Positions 56,542 to 63,765 of a stretch of 64,000 bases of DNA are shown piece by piece. The notes under the pieces were generated by a model that did no database searches, had not been told where the DNA came from, and was given only the letters and a program-made list of their open reading frames with translations. Where the stretch lies: IMG/VR virus record IMGVR_UViG_3300011337_000467, positions 31,723 to 95,722 of that record; one strand, written 5' to 3'. The first letter of the stretch is position 1. Every line of letters starts with the position of its first letter. The translations under genes were made by a program, and so were the position numbers. Source of the DNA: a virus. Its lineage: Duplodnaviria; Heunggongvirae; Uroviricota; Caudoviricetes.

Positions 56542-56871
56542 ATGATGCGAAAGAAACGTACTGATCGAAGCCACATAGTGTACTGTATCCAAATTGGATT
56601 TGAGTACTACATTGGTATTACCGCAAAAACCCAGCGCACAATTAACATGTCGCTCCGTAGCCGTGTGAACAAGCACATCTACCGTAGCCGTACAGAAGAC
56701 AAAGCCTGGAACCTGTACGAAGCAATTCGTGCCGCTGGCGAATCGGCTATCAACTACACCATCATCGACATTGTGCGTGGCAAAGATGCCGCACACAAGT
56801 TGGAGCGCGAGTTAATACAAAAGTATGCACCTGCGCTGAACACGGATGTTCGCGTGAAGCAAAACGGTTGA
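56542..56871 (+). CDS. Free-standing GIY-YIG endonuclease-domain protein (homing-endonuclease-like)
   Basis: '[18 protein letters not shown]' contains the GIY...YIG core, followed by Arg/His/Glu/Asn positions. ~109 aa, so only the catalytic domain is present. Confidence 0.6.
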   Translation: MMRKKRTDRSHIVYCIQIGFEYYIGITAKTQRTINMSLRSRVNKHIYRSRTEDKAWNLYEAIRAAGESAINYTIIDIVRGKDAAHKLERELIQKYAPALNTDVRVKQNG

Positions 56872-56896
56872 CACCAAATCACCGTTTTGCTATAAT
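56868..56896 (+). promoter_or_regulatory. sigma70-type promoter (TTGACA-17-TATAAT), duplicate of the 56507 promoter core
   Basis: TTGACA at 56868-56873, 17-nt spacer, TATAAT at 56891-56896, followed by the identical ATACACACAT. AAGGAG Shine-Dalgarno and ATG at 56925 follow. Confidence 0.6.
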
Positions 56897-56924
56897 ACAC
56901 ACATAGACAACAAAGGAGCCCGAT

Positions 56925-57125
56925 ATGACCACTATAACTGTAGCACAAATGATTGAGGCACTCAGTGCCCTGCCCGCTGATGCTCGCTTGGTAGTGACCG
57001 AGTCTGGTTATTACTCCTACAGTGAGTTTGCGGATATCATGTTGCCGGAAGTGTATACTCCGGAAAATGATTTGACGCCAGGCGCACCCGTGTATCGTAT
57101 TGGACATTCACATCAATCTTATTAA
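56925..57125 (+). CDS. Small hypothetical protein
   Basis: 66 aa with a strong AAGGAG Shine-Dalgarno. Confidence 0.45.
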   Translation: MTTITVAQMIEALSALPADARLVVTESGYYSYSEFADIMLPEVYTPENDLTPGAPVYRIGHSHQSY

Positions 57126-57135
57126 GGAGCCCAAC

Positions 57136-57528
57136 ATGACCAACTGGACTGACCCTATCATACATTGGAATCAACTGCCCGGCACGGAAGTCAAACGACT
57201 GCTGGCCACATGGGGCATGGATGAAAAAGCCATAGCCCGCTATGATGCCAAGCATGGCTTTGCGCCGACACCGTTGAAAGTGCCTGCACCTGCAAAGGCA
57301 GTGGCAGTAAAGCCTGTGGTGGTTGCAGTGCCTAAAGCACCTGCAAAAAAGGCCGCACCTGCAAAGCCAGTGGCTCGTCAAAAGCATACAGGTGCGGACG
57401 GTGAGGTGAAGTTTGTGCCGCACCGCAATCTGTTTGTGGGCTTCTGGGGTGGTCGAGTGGTGGTGACCAAGCGCACCGAAGCCGCATGTGTGGAGTTTTT
57501 GAAAGCCTGCCAGGCACAAGGAGAGTAA
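57136..57528 (+). CDS. Hypothetical protein with an Ala/Lys/Pro-rich linker
   Basis: Start at Met 'MTNWT' with an AAGGAG Shine-Dalgarno. The linker 'PAPAKAVAVKPVVVAVPKAPAKKAAPAKP' is low complexity. Confidence 0.45.
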   Translation: MTNWTDPIIHWNQLPGTEVKRLLATWGMDEKAIARYDAKHGFAPTPLKVPAPAKAVAVKPVVVAVPKAPAKKAAPAKPVARQKHTGADGEVKFVPHRNLFVGFWGGRVVVTKRTEAACVEFLKACQAQGE

Positions 57529-57529
57529 C

Positions 57530-57943
57530 ATGCCCTGTAGAGACTATGCGTCAGACAGTTATTCCAGCCCCACTGACAGTAGGCAGTATCGCGATCTCAA
57601 AGATCGTGCTGACCTGCTGGCTCGCATTGCCTGCAAGGCCATGACTGAACTGGAAAACAACAAGATTGAAGATATGCTGTTGCTCCGTGATGACGAAGTG
57701 CGTGAATGGTGGGCCAAACACAAAGAAGCAGACCGCAAGGCCCGCGAAAAGGAAGAACGCAAACAAGAGCGTGTGCGCCTGCGGCGGGCGGCCCTGCGTA
57801 AACTCACAGCAGAAGAAAAGGTTGCACTGGGTCTCAAAAAGAGCACTGACCCAGACCTCGAGGAAGATGTCACGCAAGACCTGTTGGCAGTGGCTGACAA
57901 GATTCTCAAAAAACGCTTTACAAGAAAGGAATGGCAAATATGA
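57530..57943 (+). CDS. Hypothetical coiled-coil protein (Arg/Lys/Glu-rich)
   Basis: 137 aa; starts 2 nt after the previous stop. Confidence 0.4.
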   Translation: MPCRDYASDSYSSPTDSRQYRDLKDRADLLARIACKAMTELENNKIEDMLLLRDDEVREWWAKHKEADRKAREKEERKQERVRLRRAALRKLTAEEKVALGLKKSTDPDLEEDVTQDLLAVADKILKKRFTRKEWQI

Positions 57944-58209
57944 ACAAAGAAATTGAACTGGTGCCCGGTGGTGGCCGTTACTACCGTGCAATGACATTTC
58001 ATTGGCTGGTTGTGGCTGTGCTGATTGTGCCTGTGGCCACAGCCTTGATTGTGGCCATTGTGAATCCCTTGTGGTTCCGCAGTGCCATGTTTGACTGGGT
58101 TGAGCGTGGTGTGAACCGTCTGAGCCAGTGGCGCAATTATCAAAAGTATCGCATCTACTTGGGCACCGATCCCCGCATGTGGCACACCCTCAAAGGCGAC
58201 TTGAAGTGA
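57931..58209 (+). CDS. Small membrane protein
   Basis: 92 aa with one long hydrophobic stretch (HWLVVAVLIVPVATALIVAIV). Confidence 0.4.
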   Translation: MANMNKEIELVPGGGRYYRAMTFHWLVVAVLIVPVATALIVAIVNPLWFRSAMFDWVERGVNRLSQWRNYQKYRIYLGTDPRMWHTLKGDLK

Positions 58210-58445
58210 ACGAACGAATTCAAGAACTTGCTGAACAGTGTCGAATTGAAACTTATGGTGTCAATGGTGAACTGTTAACATTTGGGTTTGACGAGGAAAA
58301 GTTCGCCGAGTTGATTGTTCGGGAATGTATGAATATTGCTAAAAATTGGCAGGATCAACTTGAAAATGCCAACAGTCTCAGCGAATCAAATGCAGTGGGC
58401 ATTGTTGCATATCGGATTGCACGACAATTTGGAGTTAAAGAATGA
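58206..58445 (+). CDS. MNERI/EKFAELIVREC/HFGV(E/K)E small-protein family, copy 1 (GTG start)
   Basis: GTGAACGAACGAATT mirrors the ATGAACGAACGAATT start of copy 3. Contains 'EKFAELIVREC' and ends 'QFGVKE*'. Confidence 0.5.
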   Translation: MNERIQELAEQCRIETYGVNGELLTFGFDEEKFAELIVRECMNIAKNWQDQLENANSLSESNAVGIVAYRIARQFGVKE

Positions 58446-58669
58446 ATGAACGAATTAAACAACTTGCTCTACAATCGCAGTTAGTGTATGAAACCACTGA
58501 TGGTAAAGTATACAACTCGTGGGAAGATTATGTTGATTTGACTGAATATGTTGAAAAGTTTGCCGAGTTGATTGTTCGGGAATGTGCTGATACAGTATTA
58601 GGGTTTCATAATCAATTCGGTGATAGTGCCCACAATGAGATTAGACAACATTTCGGAGTTGAAGAATGA
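58442..58669 (+). CDS. MNERI/EKFAELIVREC/HFGVEE family, copy 2
   Basis: 'MNERIKQLALQ...EKFAELIVRECAD...QHFGVEE*'. ATGA overlap with copy 1. Confidence 0.55.
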   Translation: MNERIKQLALQSQLVYETTDGKVYNSWEDYVDLTEYVEKFAELIVRECADTVLGFHNQFGDSAHNEIRQHFGVEE

Positions 58670-58788
58670 CGGCAGGTGAGCGGGCAGGCTGGTGGGCCAT
58701 TGTATACCTACTCTTGGTAGGTGCGGCTGCTTACTTCGTGATCTTTATGGTCGTTTTTAGTTTTGTTAAAAAATTGATTTGGGGTTGA
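58666..58788 (+). CDS. Micro-ORF encoding a 40-aa single-TM peptide
   Basis: Begins at the ATGA overlap with copy 2. Hydrophobic core 'WWAIVYLLLVGAAAYFVIFMVVF'. Ends in the GGGGTTGAAGAATGA junction motif. Confidence 0.3.
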   Translation: MTAGERAGWWAIVYLLLVGAAAYFVIFMVVFSFVKKLIWG

Positions 58789-58791
58789 AGA

Positions 58792-59016
58792 ATGAACAAG
58801 CGTAAAATCACTACCCGAGTTATCTTTGATGGTGTTGTGGATAGTACCTTTACCCAGATGCGACAAGTGTATACTGATGACCGGGGCGAGTATGTAAACT
58901 GCGACCGCAATCGGTATCACATTGAGAATGATAGTTTTGACATTGTTTATACCACGGGCAGAGCAATTAGTGGTAAAGATTTGTTCAAAGAACATTTTGG
59001 AGTTCACAGTGCCTAA
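58792..59016 (+). CDS. Small protein sharing only the C-terminal 'EHFGV' block with the family
   Basis: 74 aa; 'KDLFKEHFGVHSA*'. Confidence 0.4.
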   Translation: MNKRKITTRVIFDGVVDSTFTQMRQVYTDDRGEYVNCDRNRYHIENDSFDIVYTTGRAISGKDLFKEHFGVHSA

Positions 59017-59023
59017 ATTGTAC

Positions 59024-59470
59024 ATGTTGGTAGGAGTGCCAGGATCAGGCAAAAGCACCTGGATCAAAGACCAGGTCTGGGCCTTGGGCTTGAGTGTGGT
59101 CAGCACAGATCCCTGGGTGGAAGATTATGCTCGTCAGCAGGGCAAGACCTATTCAGAAGTGTTTGAAGAATACATGCCTGTGGCAGTGCGGCTCATGACC
59201 AACCATGCGTTGACTGCACAGGCCAACAACAACGACATCATCTGGGATCAGACCAGCACCACACGGGCAAGCCGGGCCAAGAAGTTTCGCTTGTTGCCCG
59301 ACTACTCGGCCATTGCTGTGGTCTTTCCCACGCCCGAGCCGGCAGAACTTGAACGACGATTGGCCAGCCGTCCTGGCAAAACCATTCCACCCGATGTGAT
59401 CGAGCGCATGATTGAAGACTGGGAAGAGCCAGACTTGTCGGAAGGCTTTGATGAAATTTGGAGAGTGTGA
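59024..59470 (+). CDS. P-loop NTPase / kinase-like protein
   Basis: 'MLVGVPGSGKST' Walker A immediately after the start. ~148 aa, the size of small nucleotide or polynucleotide kinases. Start could instead be the GTG at 59009. Confidence 0.5.
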   Translation: MLVGVPGSGKSTWIKDQVWALGLSVVSTDPWVEDYARQQGKTYSEVFEEYMPVAVRLMTNHALTAQANNNDIIWDQTSTTRASRAKKFRLLPDYSAIAVVFPTPEPAELERRLASRPGKTIPPDVIERMIEDWEEPDLSEGFDEIWRV

Positions 59471-59676
59471 TGAACGAACGAATTCAAAAACTTGCTGAAC
59501 AGGCGCAAAAGATTGTAGGATACCTTGATGGTGGATATACTGAGATCAAAGCATTGGATCAGGAAAAGTTCGCCGAGTTGATTGTTCGGGAATGTGCCGA
59601 GTATGCTGAACATGAACTGGATATGGCAGGATACAAGAAAAAGTTTATGTTGAAACATTTCGGAGTTAAAGAATGA
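59470..59676 (+). CDS. MNERI/EKFAELIVREC/HFGVKE family, copy 3
   Basis: 'MNERIQKLAEQ...EKFAELIVRECAE...KHFGVKE*'. Confidence 0.55.
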   Translation: MNERIQKLAEQAQKIVGYLDGGYTEIKALDQEKFAELIVRECAEYAEHELDMAGYKKKFMLKHFGVKE

Positions 59677-59840
59677 TTGAAGTCAAAATTGATTTTATCA
59701 CAACCCCAAGGTTTGGACAAACTTACGAACAGGTTCAGTCTCTGATTAAAAGAAAACTCGATGAACTGGCGGTTGAAATTGAAGGTGATTATTACCATAC
59801 TCAATTTCTGATCGAACAAAACTTCAGTGGCAAAGAATGA
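59673..59840 (+). CDS. Micro-ORF (55 aa) between family copies
   Basis: ATGA overlaps at both ends (59673 and 59837). Confidence 0.3.
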   Translation: MIEVKIDFITTPRFGQTYEQVQSLIKRKLDELAVEIEGDYYHTQFLIEQNFSGKE

Positions 59841-59860
59841 TCTGGCATTGGAGATCGGCC

Positions 59861-59889
59861 TTGCTTTTTCTTTTGGTATGTGTTATAAT
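59861..59889 (+). promoter_or_regulatory. Candidate promoter (TTGCTT-17-TATAAT) inside the small-gene array
   Basis: TATAAT at 59884-59889 with a 17-nt spacer to TTGCTT at 59861-59866. Confidence 0.35.
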
Positions 59890-59929
59890 GTTTGGACCAA
59901 TGATTTATATAACATTTCAGAGTTGAAGA

Positions 59930-60169
59930 ATGAACGAAGAAATTGTAAAGAATTGGGTTACCGTTCCCAGAGTGAATGCTGATAAAGCATTGTCATGGGC
60001 AAAGCAATGGAATGAATACATTACCAATGACTATGCCGTGATTGGTGGTAGAACTGAACACTATCAAAAGGGCAATGACTATGACAATTTTGATTATTTC
60101 TTTGCGGTGGGTGGTATGGGGTCGGGTATCATTGACGAATTTAATAGATTGTTTGGAGTTAAAGAATGA
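59930..60169 (+). CDS. Small protein with the family C-terminus ('RLFGVKE')
   Basis: 79 aa. Preceded by the junction motif CATTTCAGAGTTGAAGAATGA. Confidence 0.45.
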   Translation: MNEEIVKNWVTVPRVNADKALSWAKQWNEYITNDYAVIGGRTEHYQKGNDYDNFDYFFAVGGMGSGIIDEFNRLFGVKE

Positions 60170-60507
60170 TTGACTACCACGAAGCAATTAAAGAAATGCA
60201 CCGTGGCAATGTTGTCAAATATGTAGGCACCATAAATGGTAATGTAATGACCGACAAAGGTTGGTGTTTCTGTATGCAACGAGGCGTCATCTTTGTCCAC
60301 AAGGACGGCAAGGTTGTGCCCAAGAGTTCTGGCAACATGGTTTACGATCCAGACTTTCGTTATGAATTGACAGGTGAAACCGTTGAACCAAGAGGATGGC
60401 CAAACAAACCCAAAAAGTATCCAGAGATTCGTCCGTTGGACAAACAAGGCCGTAAAGAGATAAAATCAAAGTTGGGTTATAGTAGAGTAGGATTGAGGAA
60501 TGTATGA
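60166..60507 (+). CDS. Hypothetical protein
   Basis: ATGA overlap at both ends; 113 aa. Confidence 0.4.
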   Translation: MIDYHEAIKEMHRGNVVKYVGTINGNVMTDKGWCFCMQRGVIFVHKDGKVVPKSSGNMVYDPDFRYELTGETVEPRGWPNKPKKYPEIRPLDKQGRKEIKSKLGYSRVGLRNV

Positions 60508-60794
60508 ATGAAAAGATTAAACTATTTGCTGAACAAGTAGACAAAGAATTTGATAATCCTGGTGCCAGACACAAAGCAATAGAAAGGTTTGCCGAATTGA
60601 TTGTTATGGAGTGTGCTGATATATTAATAGAAAATGGCAACAAACAATTTACTATTAGAACGGTAGAACCAGAATCACACAACAAAACCACTGATTGGAT
60701 GGAAGGCTACGAAGAAGCCGTTAAACATTATGGCAGTTTCTTGCTGAAGAAAAACGCCAAACTTATTAAGAAACATTTCGGAGTTGAAGAGTGA
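60504..60794 (+). CDS. MNEKI/ERFAELIVMEC/HFGVEE family, copy 4
   Basis: 'MNEKIKLFAEQ...ERFAELIVMECAD...KHFGVEE*'. Confidence 0.55.
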   Translation: MNEKIKLFAEQVDKEFDNPGARHKAIERFAELIVMECADILIENGNKQFTIRTVEPESHNKTTDWMEGYEEAVKHYGSFLLKKNAKLIKKHFGVEE

Positions 60795-60994
60795 CTGATG
60801 AAATTTTAGGTTATCGTAAAGCTGGTAAAGATAATTGGCAATCAATTGTTCAGCCTAAAGGTTATATGTATACAGCGGCTGTTATGACTTGCGGTTGTTG
60901 CGGTGGTTGGATTAGTGGTATGGGTGGTCCCGGTACCCAACATACATATTGTGTTCCTTGTTATGAGAAAGAACAAAATGAACGATCGAATTAG
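60791..60994 (+). CDS. Small Cys-rich protein (CGCCGG...CVPC)
   Basis: 67 aa; GTGA-type overlap with the upstream stop. Possible zinc-binding. Confidence 0.35.
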   Translation: MTDEILGYRKAGKDNWQSIVQPKGYMYTAAVMTCGCCGGWISGMGGPGTQHTYCVPCYEKEQNERSN

Positions 60995-61205
60995 AGAACT
61001 TGCTCATGAGGCTGGATTACCAACATACAATCCAGATGGTATCCCAACCAAGCTGGAAAAGTTTGCCCTGTTGATTGTAAGAGAATGTATCGGTTGTTGT
61101 GAGCAAGCGATTAGTGATCCTGTTCCCGAATCGGTAGACACTTGGTTGAATGGTGGTTCGCAATGTATTAGCGAGATTAAAGAACATTTCGGAGTTGAAG
61201 AATGA
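60978..61205 (+). CDS. MNDRI/EKFALLIVREC/HFGVEE family, copy 5
   Basis: 'MNDRIRELAHE...EKFALLIVRECIG...EHFGVEE*'. Start chosen at the internal Met of the track ORF. Confidence 0.5.
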   Translation: MNDRIRELAHEAGLPTYNPDGIPTKLEKFALLIVRECIGCCEQAISDPVPESVDTWLNGGSQCISEIKEHFGVEE

Positions 61206-61378
61206 TTAGAATAATTCTAGCTTTTGTTGTGGTGTTTGGCATGTTCTTTTTTGGTATTCGGTACATGCGGAACATGTCCGGAAAAGAAACATGGAGTTTG
61301 GTAAAACTCTTGACTTACAGTGCATTTTGTGCTATACTTACTTTTGGTAGTCTAATCGCCCTTGTGGTGCTTTTTTAA
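61202..61378 (+). CDS. Micro-ORF encoding a 58-aa two-TM peptide
   Basis: ATGA overlap with copy 5. 'IILAFVVVFGMFFFGI' and 'AFCAILTFGSLIALVVLF' hydrophobic helices. The downstream promoter lies inside it. Confidence 0.3.
   Translation: MIRIILAFVVVFGMFFFGIRYMRNMSGKETWSLVKLLTYSAFCAILTFGSLIALVVLF
61310..61338 (+). promoter_or_regulatory. sigma70-type promoter (TTGACT-17-TATACT) for the SPFH lipoprotein gene
   Basis: TTGACT at 61310-61315, 17-nt spacer, TATACT at 61333-61338. AAGGA Shine-Dalgarno before the ATG at 61388. Confidence 0.5.
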
Positions 61379-61387
61379 GGATATAAA

Positions 61388-62182
61388 ATGAAACGTATTT
61401 TGACTCTCTCCGTTCTTGCCGCGGCTGTGCTGGCAACAGGTTGTACTCGTATTGAAACAGGTGAAGTTGGTGTCCGTGTTGGCTTTGATAAACAAGTACA
61501 GCAAGGTGAACTTTTGCCTGGCTCGTTTAATCAAACTTTCTGGGGTGATGTTCTTACATTTCCAATCAAGGATGTGAATGTTAGATTGGACGACATGACC
61601 CCAGTGGCCAAAGATAACTCAACAATGAAAGACTTTGATGCTGTGGTTATCTATAACATCAATCAAGCACAGGTTGCAGAGCTGTACTCAACCAAGAGCC
61701 AAGCATTCCATGCTCGACAAAACGGCGACATTTATTTGATGTTTAATTATATTGTCCAAACTGCTCGTAATGCTATCTACAAAGAAGCTCGCAAGTATGA
61801 GGCATTGGATATGGCTGACAATCGTCAAGTGATGGAACAGGCAATCAAAGAACAAATTCAAAAGAGTTTGGCTGATGAAAAACTTGACGGTAGTTTGGTT
61901 GTTGGTCAAGTGTTGATTCGGAATATTGTACCTGCCGATTCAGTTGTTGCAAGTGCAAATGAGTTGGTTCGTGCTAAGAATGAATTGAAACAAAAAGAAG
62001 TTGAAGTTAAGACTGCAAAGATGGAAGCAGAGCGTATGCAAGCATTGAGTAATCAAGGTGCTCAGTCAATTGCTTACATGCAAGCGCAGGCTATGATGAA
62101 TATCTCAGAAGGTATCAAGAACGGCCGTGTGCAAACGATTGTTGTTCCTGCAAACTTCAATGCGCTGATGATGCAAAAATGA
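61388..62182 (+). CDS. SPFH/band-7 (HflK/C, prohibitin-like) domain lipoprotein
   Basis: Lipobox 'LATGC' after a signal peptide. 'GEVGVRVGFDKQ...' SPFH core, then a C-terminal coiled coil ('KNELKQKEVEVKTAKMEAERMQAL'). Confidence 0.65.
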   Translation: MKRILTLSVLAAAVLATGCTRIETGEVGVRVGFDKQVQQGELLPGSFNQTFWGDVLTFPIKDVNVRLDDMTPVAKDNSTMKDFDAVVIYNINQAQVAELYSTKSQAFHARQNGDIYLMFNYIVQTARNAIYKEARKYEALDMADNRQVMEQAIKEQIQKSLADEKLDGSLVVGQVLIRNIVPADSVVASANELVRAKNELKQKEVEVKTAKMEAERMQALSNQGAQSIAYMQAQAMMNISEGIKNGRVQTIVVPANFNALMMQK

Positions 62183-62355
62183 TCGATCTTGAAACTGCAC
62201 TAAAAAATCACGACTGGAGTCTGGATGGGTATAAAACTCGTCCCGACCTAGATCGTTTGATGAAAGAAAATCCCGACTCAAGTCAAGCACTTTGGGAACG
62301 ATACTGCCCATGGAGTGACACTAACGGTGGGTACATTGCTTGGAGTCGTAGATGA
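62179..62355 (+). CDS. Micro-ORF (58 aa) coupled to both neighbours via ATGA overlaps
   Basis: ATG at 62179 overlaps the SPFH stop; its TGA at 62353-62355 overlaps the next ATG (62352). Confidence 0.3.
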   Translation: MIDLETALKNHDWSLDGYKTRPDLDRLMKENPDSSQALWERYCPWSDTNGGYIAWSRR

Positions 62356-62720
62356 GCAATAAAATCACTGCGGCAATGCTTGACCGCAAGATTGCATGGT
62401 GTGAGCAAAAGCAAGCGGAAGCCAAGGCAGCGGCCATCCGGCACATGCAGGATTTCTATTTTGAAAAGACTCGTGCCAGTGTGACCGAGGCATGGCCTGA
62501 AAGTTTTAATGGACCCGATCTTGCTCAAGTATTAAATGTAGAACGTGTGAGTTATAGGATCTACTACAGTCAAGATAATCTCACTTGCCGACTGTTTGTG
62601 TTCCGTCCGCACTGCACGCCTTTTGAAACTGAAACAATGTTAGGCATGGGCTTTGTACCTGCACAAGATGGTGATACAGAAAACATTCCCAATCAACCCG
62701 TAGAGGAAGTTGAAAAATGA
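62352..62720 (+). CDS. Hypothetical protein
   Basis: 122-aa ORF. Confidence 0.4.
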   Translation: MSNKITAAMLDRKIAWCEQKQAEAKAAAIRHMQDFYFEKTRASVTEAWPESFNGPDLAQVLNVERVSYRIYYSQDNLTCRLFVFRPHCTPFETETMLGMGFVPAQDGDTENIPNQPVEEVEK

Positions 62721-63013
62721 ATCGATTTAGACCACAAGATATATCTAAAAAGTATATCATGCAAGAACGCCGAATGGGTATCTGGGTAAACTACAACTGG
62801 CAAACTCGCAACAAATGGTATCCTGCAGGCTGGAAGCCCAATCACATCAGCATTGGGCGCAGATTTGGCCACTTGCATTATCTTGCTTGCCATGCACCAG
62901 CACCCGTCCAAACGCAGTGGCGGGCGGCGTACCAGCGATTCTGTGACCAGCACATTCCCAGCCGTGCCAGCATGCGATATCTTGCTGCCTTCACTTATGA
63001 TTCCAGGCTATGA
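62717..63013 (+). CDS. Hypothetical protein
   Basis: ATGA overlap; 98 aa. Confidence 0.4.
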   Translation: MNRFRPQDISKKYIMQERRMGIWVNYNWQTRNKWYPAGWKPNHISIGRRFGHLHYLACHAPAPVQTQWRAAYQRFCDQHIPSRASMRYLAAFTYDSRL

Positions 63014-63135
63014 ACGCTGAACTTGAACGCCTGGTGCGGGCCGCTGGCGCACCCGAAGAAGTCATGACGGAACTTTGGTTTGCTATCTTCTGTCAACAAT
63101 TTGCTGATCTGCTGATTGCCGAAATGGAAGGTTGA
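63010..63135 (+). CDS. Micro-ORF (41 aa)
   Basis: ATGA overlap with the upstream gene. Its 3' end runs into the -35 box of the next promoter. Confidence 0.25.
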   Translation: MNAELERLVRAAGAPEEVMTELWFAIFCQQFADLLIAEMEG

Positions 63136-63160
63136 CAAACACTTCGCATTTTTGTATAAT
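63132..63160 (+). promoter_or_regulatory. sigma70-type promoter (TTGACA-17-TATAAT)
   Basis: TTGACA at 63132-63137, 17-nt spacer, TATAAT at 63155-63160. AAAGGG Shine-Dalgarno-like and ATG at 63190 follow. Confidence 0.55.
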
Positions 63161-63189
63161 AATTCTATACAAAATAGAAAGGGTATGCT

Positions 63190-63570
63190 ATGGAATTTCT
63201 TCCAGTATTAGAACTAATTGACAGACTCTGCATTGCCAGAGTAAAACATGCACGAACCAAAGGTGCCAACCAAGTTGAACTTGATTGGTACGAGGACAAG
63301 TTTCAACAACTACCACAAAGTCCCGAACTGGATTCAGACATTCAAGCCATGACCGATATCCATCATGCTATCTGGGATTTGGAATGGCAACTTAAATCAG
63401 GCGTGGAACAGATGTTGAGTCTACAAGAAATTGGCCGGCGTGCCATTGCCATTAGAGATCACAACAACAAACGCATTGCTTACAAAAATTCCATTGCCAC
63501 TATTTTGGGGCATCCAGTAAAGGAAATTAAACACGACCACTTGGCCGACGGCACAGTTGACACTAAATAG
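63190..63570 (+). CDS. Hypothetical protein
   Basis: 126-aa ORF downstream of a consensus promoter. Confidence 0.45.
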   Translation: MEFLPVLELIDRLCIARVKHARTKGANQVELDWYEDKFQQLPQSPELDSDIQAMTDIHHAIWDLEWQLKSGVEQMLSLQEIGRRAIAIRDHNNKRIAYKNSIATILGHPVKEIKHDHLADGTVDTK

Positions 63571-63593
63571 TTTTCCTGCTACAATGTAGCACA

Positions 63594-63668
63594 GGGCCAA
63601 TAGCTTAATGGTAAAGCAACCGACTCATAATCGGTCGAGTCTTGGTTCAATTCCAAGTTGGCCCACCA
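63594..63668 (+). tRNA. tRNA-Met (anticodon CAT; elongator-type or lysidine-Ile cannot be excluded)
   Basis: Cloverleaf with acceptor GGGCCAA/TTGGCCC, anticodon stem ACCGA/TCGGT, loop CTCATAA, T-arm CTTGG-TTCAATT-CCAAG, and an encoded CCA. No 3-GC anticodon-stem signature of initiator tRNA. Confidence 0.75.
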
Positions 63669-63672
63669 AACA

Positions 63673-63747
63673 CTGGCCGTAGTATAATGGATAATACAGT
63701 TGCCTTCTAAGCAATCAATCCAGGTTCGATTCCTGGCGGCCGGACCA
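63673..63747 (+). tRNA. tRNA-Arg (anticodon TCT)
   Basis: Acceptor CTGGCCG/CGGCCGG (one G-U pair), D-stem GTAT/ATAC, anticodon stem GTTGC/GCAAT, loop CTTCTAA, T-arm CCAGG-TTCGATT-CCTGG, encoded CCA. Confidence 0.7.
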
Positions 63748-63765
63748 TGCAGTAAATAACACAAA

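Noticed and set aside
55315-56796. Full-length 493-aa version of the minus-strand glycosyltransferase ORF
   Set aside because: Its first ~85 codons would lie antisense inside the plus-strand GIY-YIG gene, which has a strong promoter, and its first ~130 residues are Cys/Val-rich shadow-like sequence. The start was therefore moved to Met 56397. The true start remains uncertain.
57037-58185. Two long minus-strand ORFs (164 and 208 aa, Arg/Cys/His/Ser-rich) overlapping the plus-strand genes 57136-58209
   Set aside because: Their composition is that of antisense read-through of Ala/Lys-rich coding sequence. The plus-strand genes have AAGGAG Shine-Dalgarno sites and a consensus promoter, and the minus ORFs have neither.
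63579-63764. 61-aa minus-strand ORF across the tRNA cluster
   Set aside because: It overlaps two well-folded tRNA genes, which makes it a spurious ORF.
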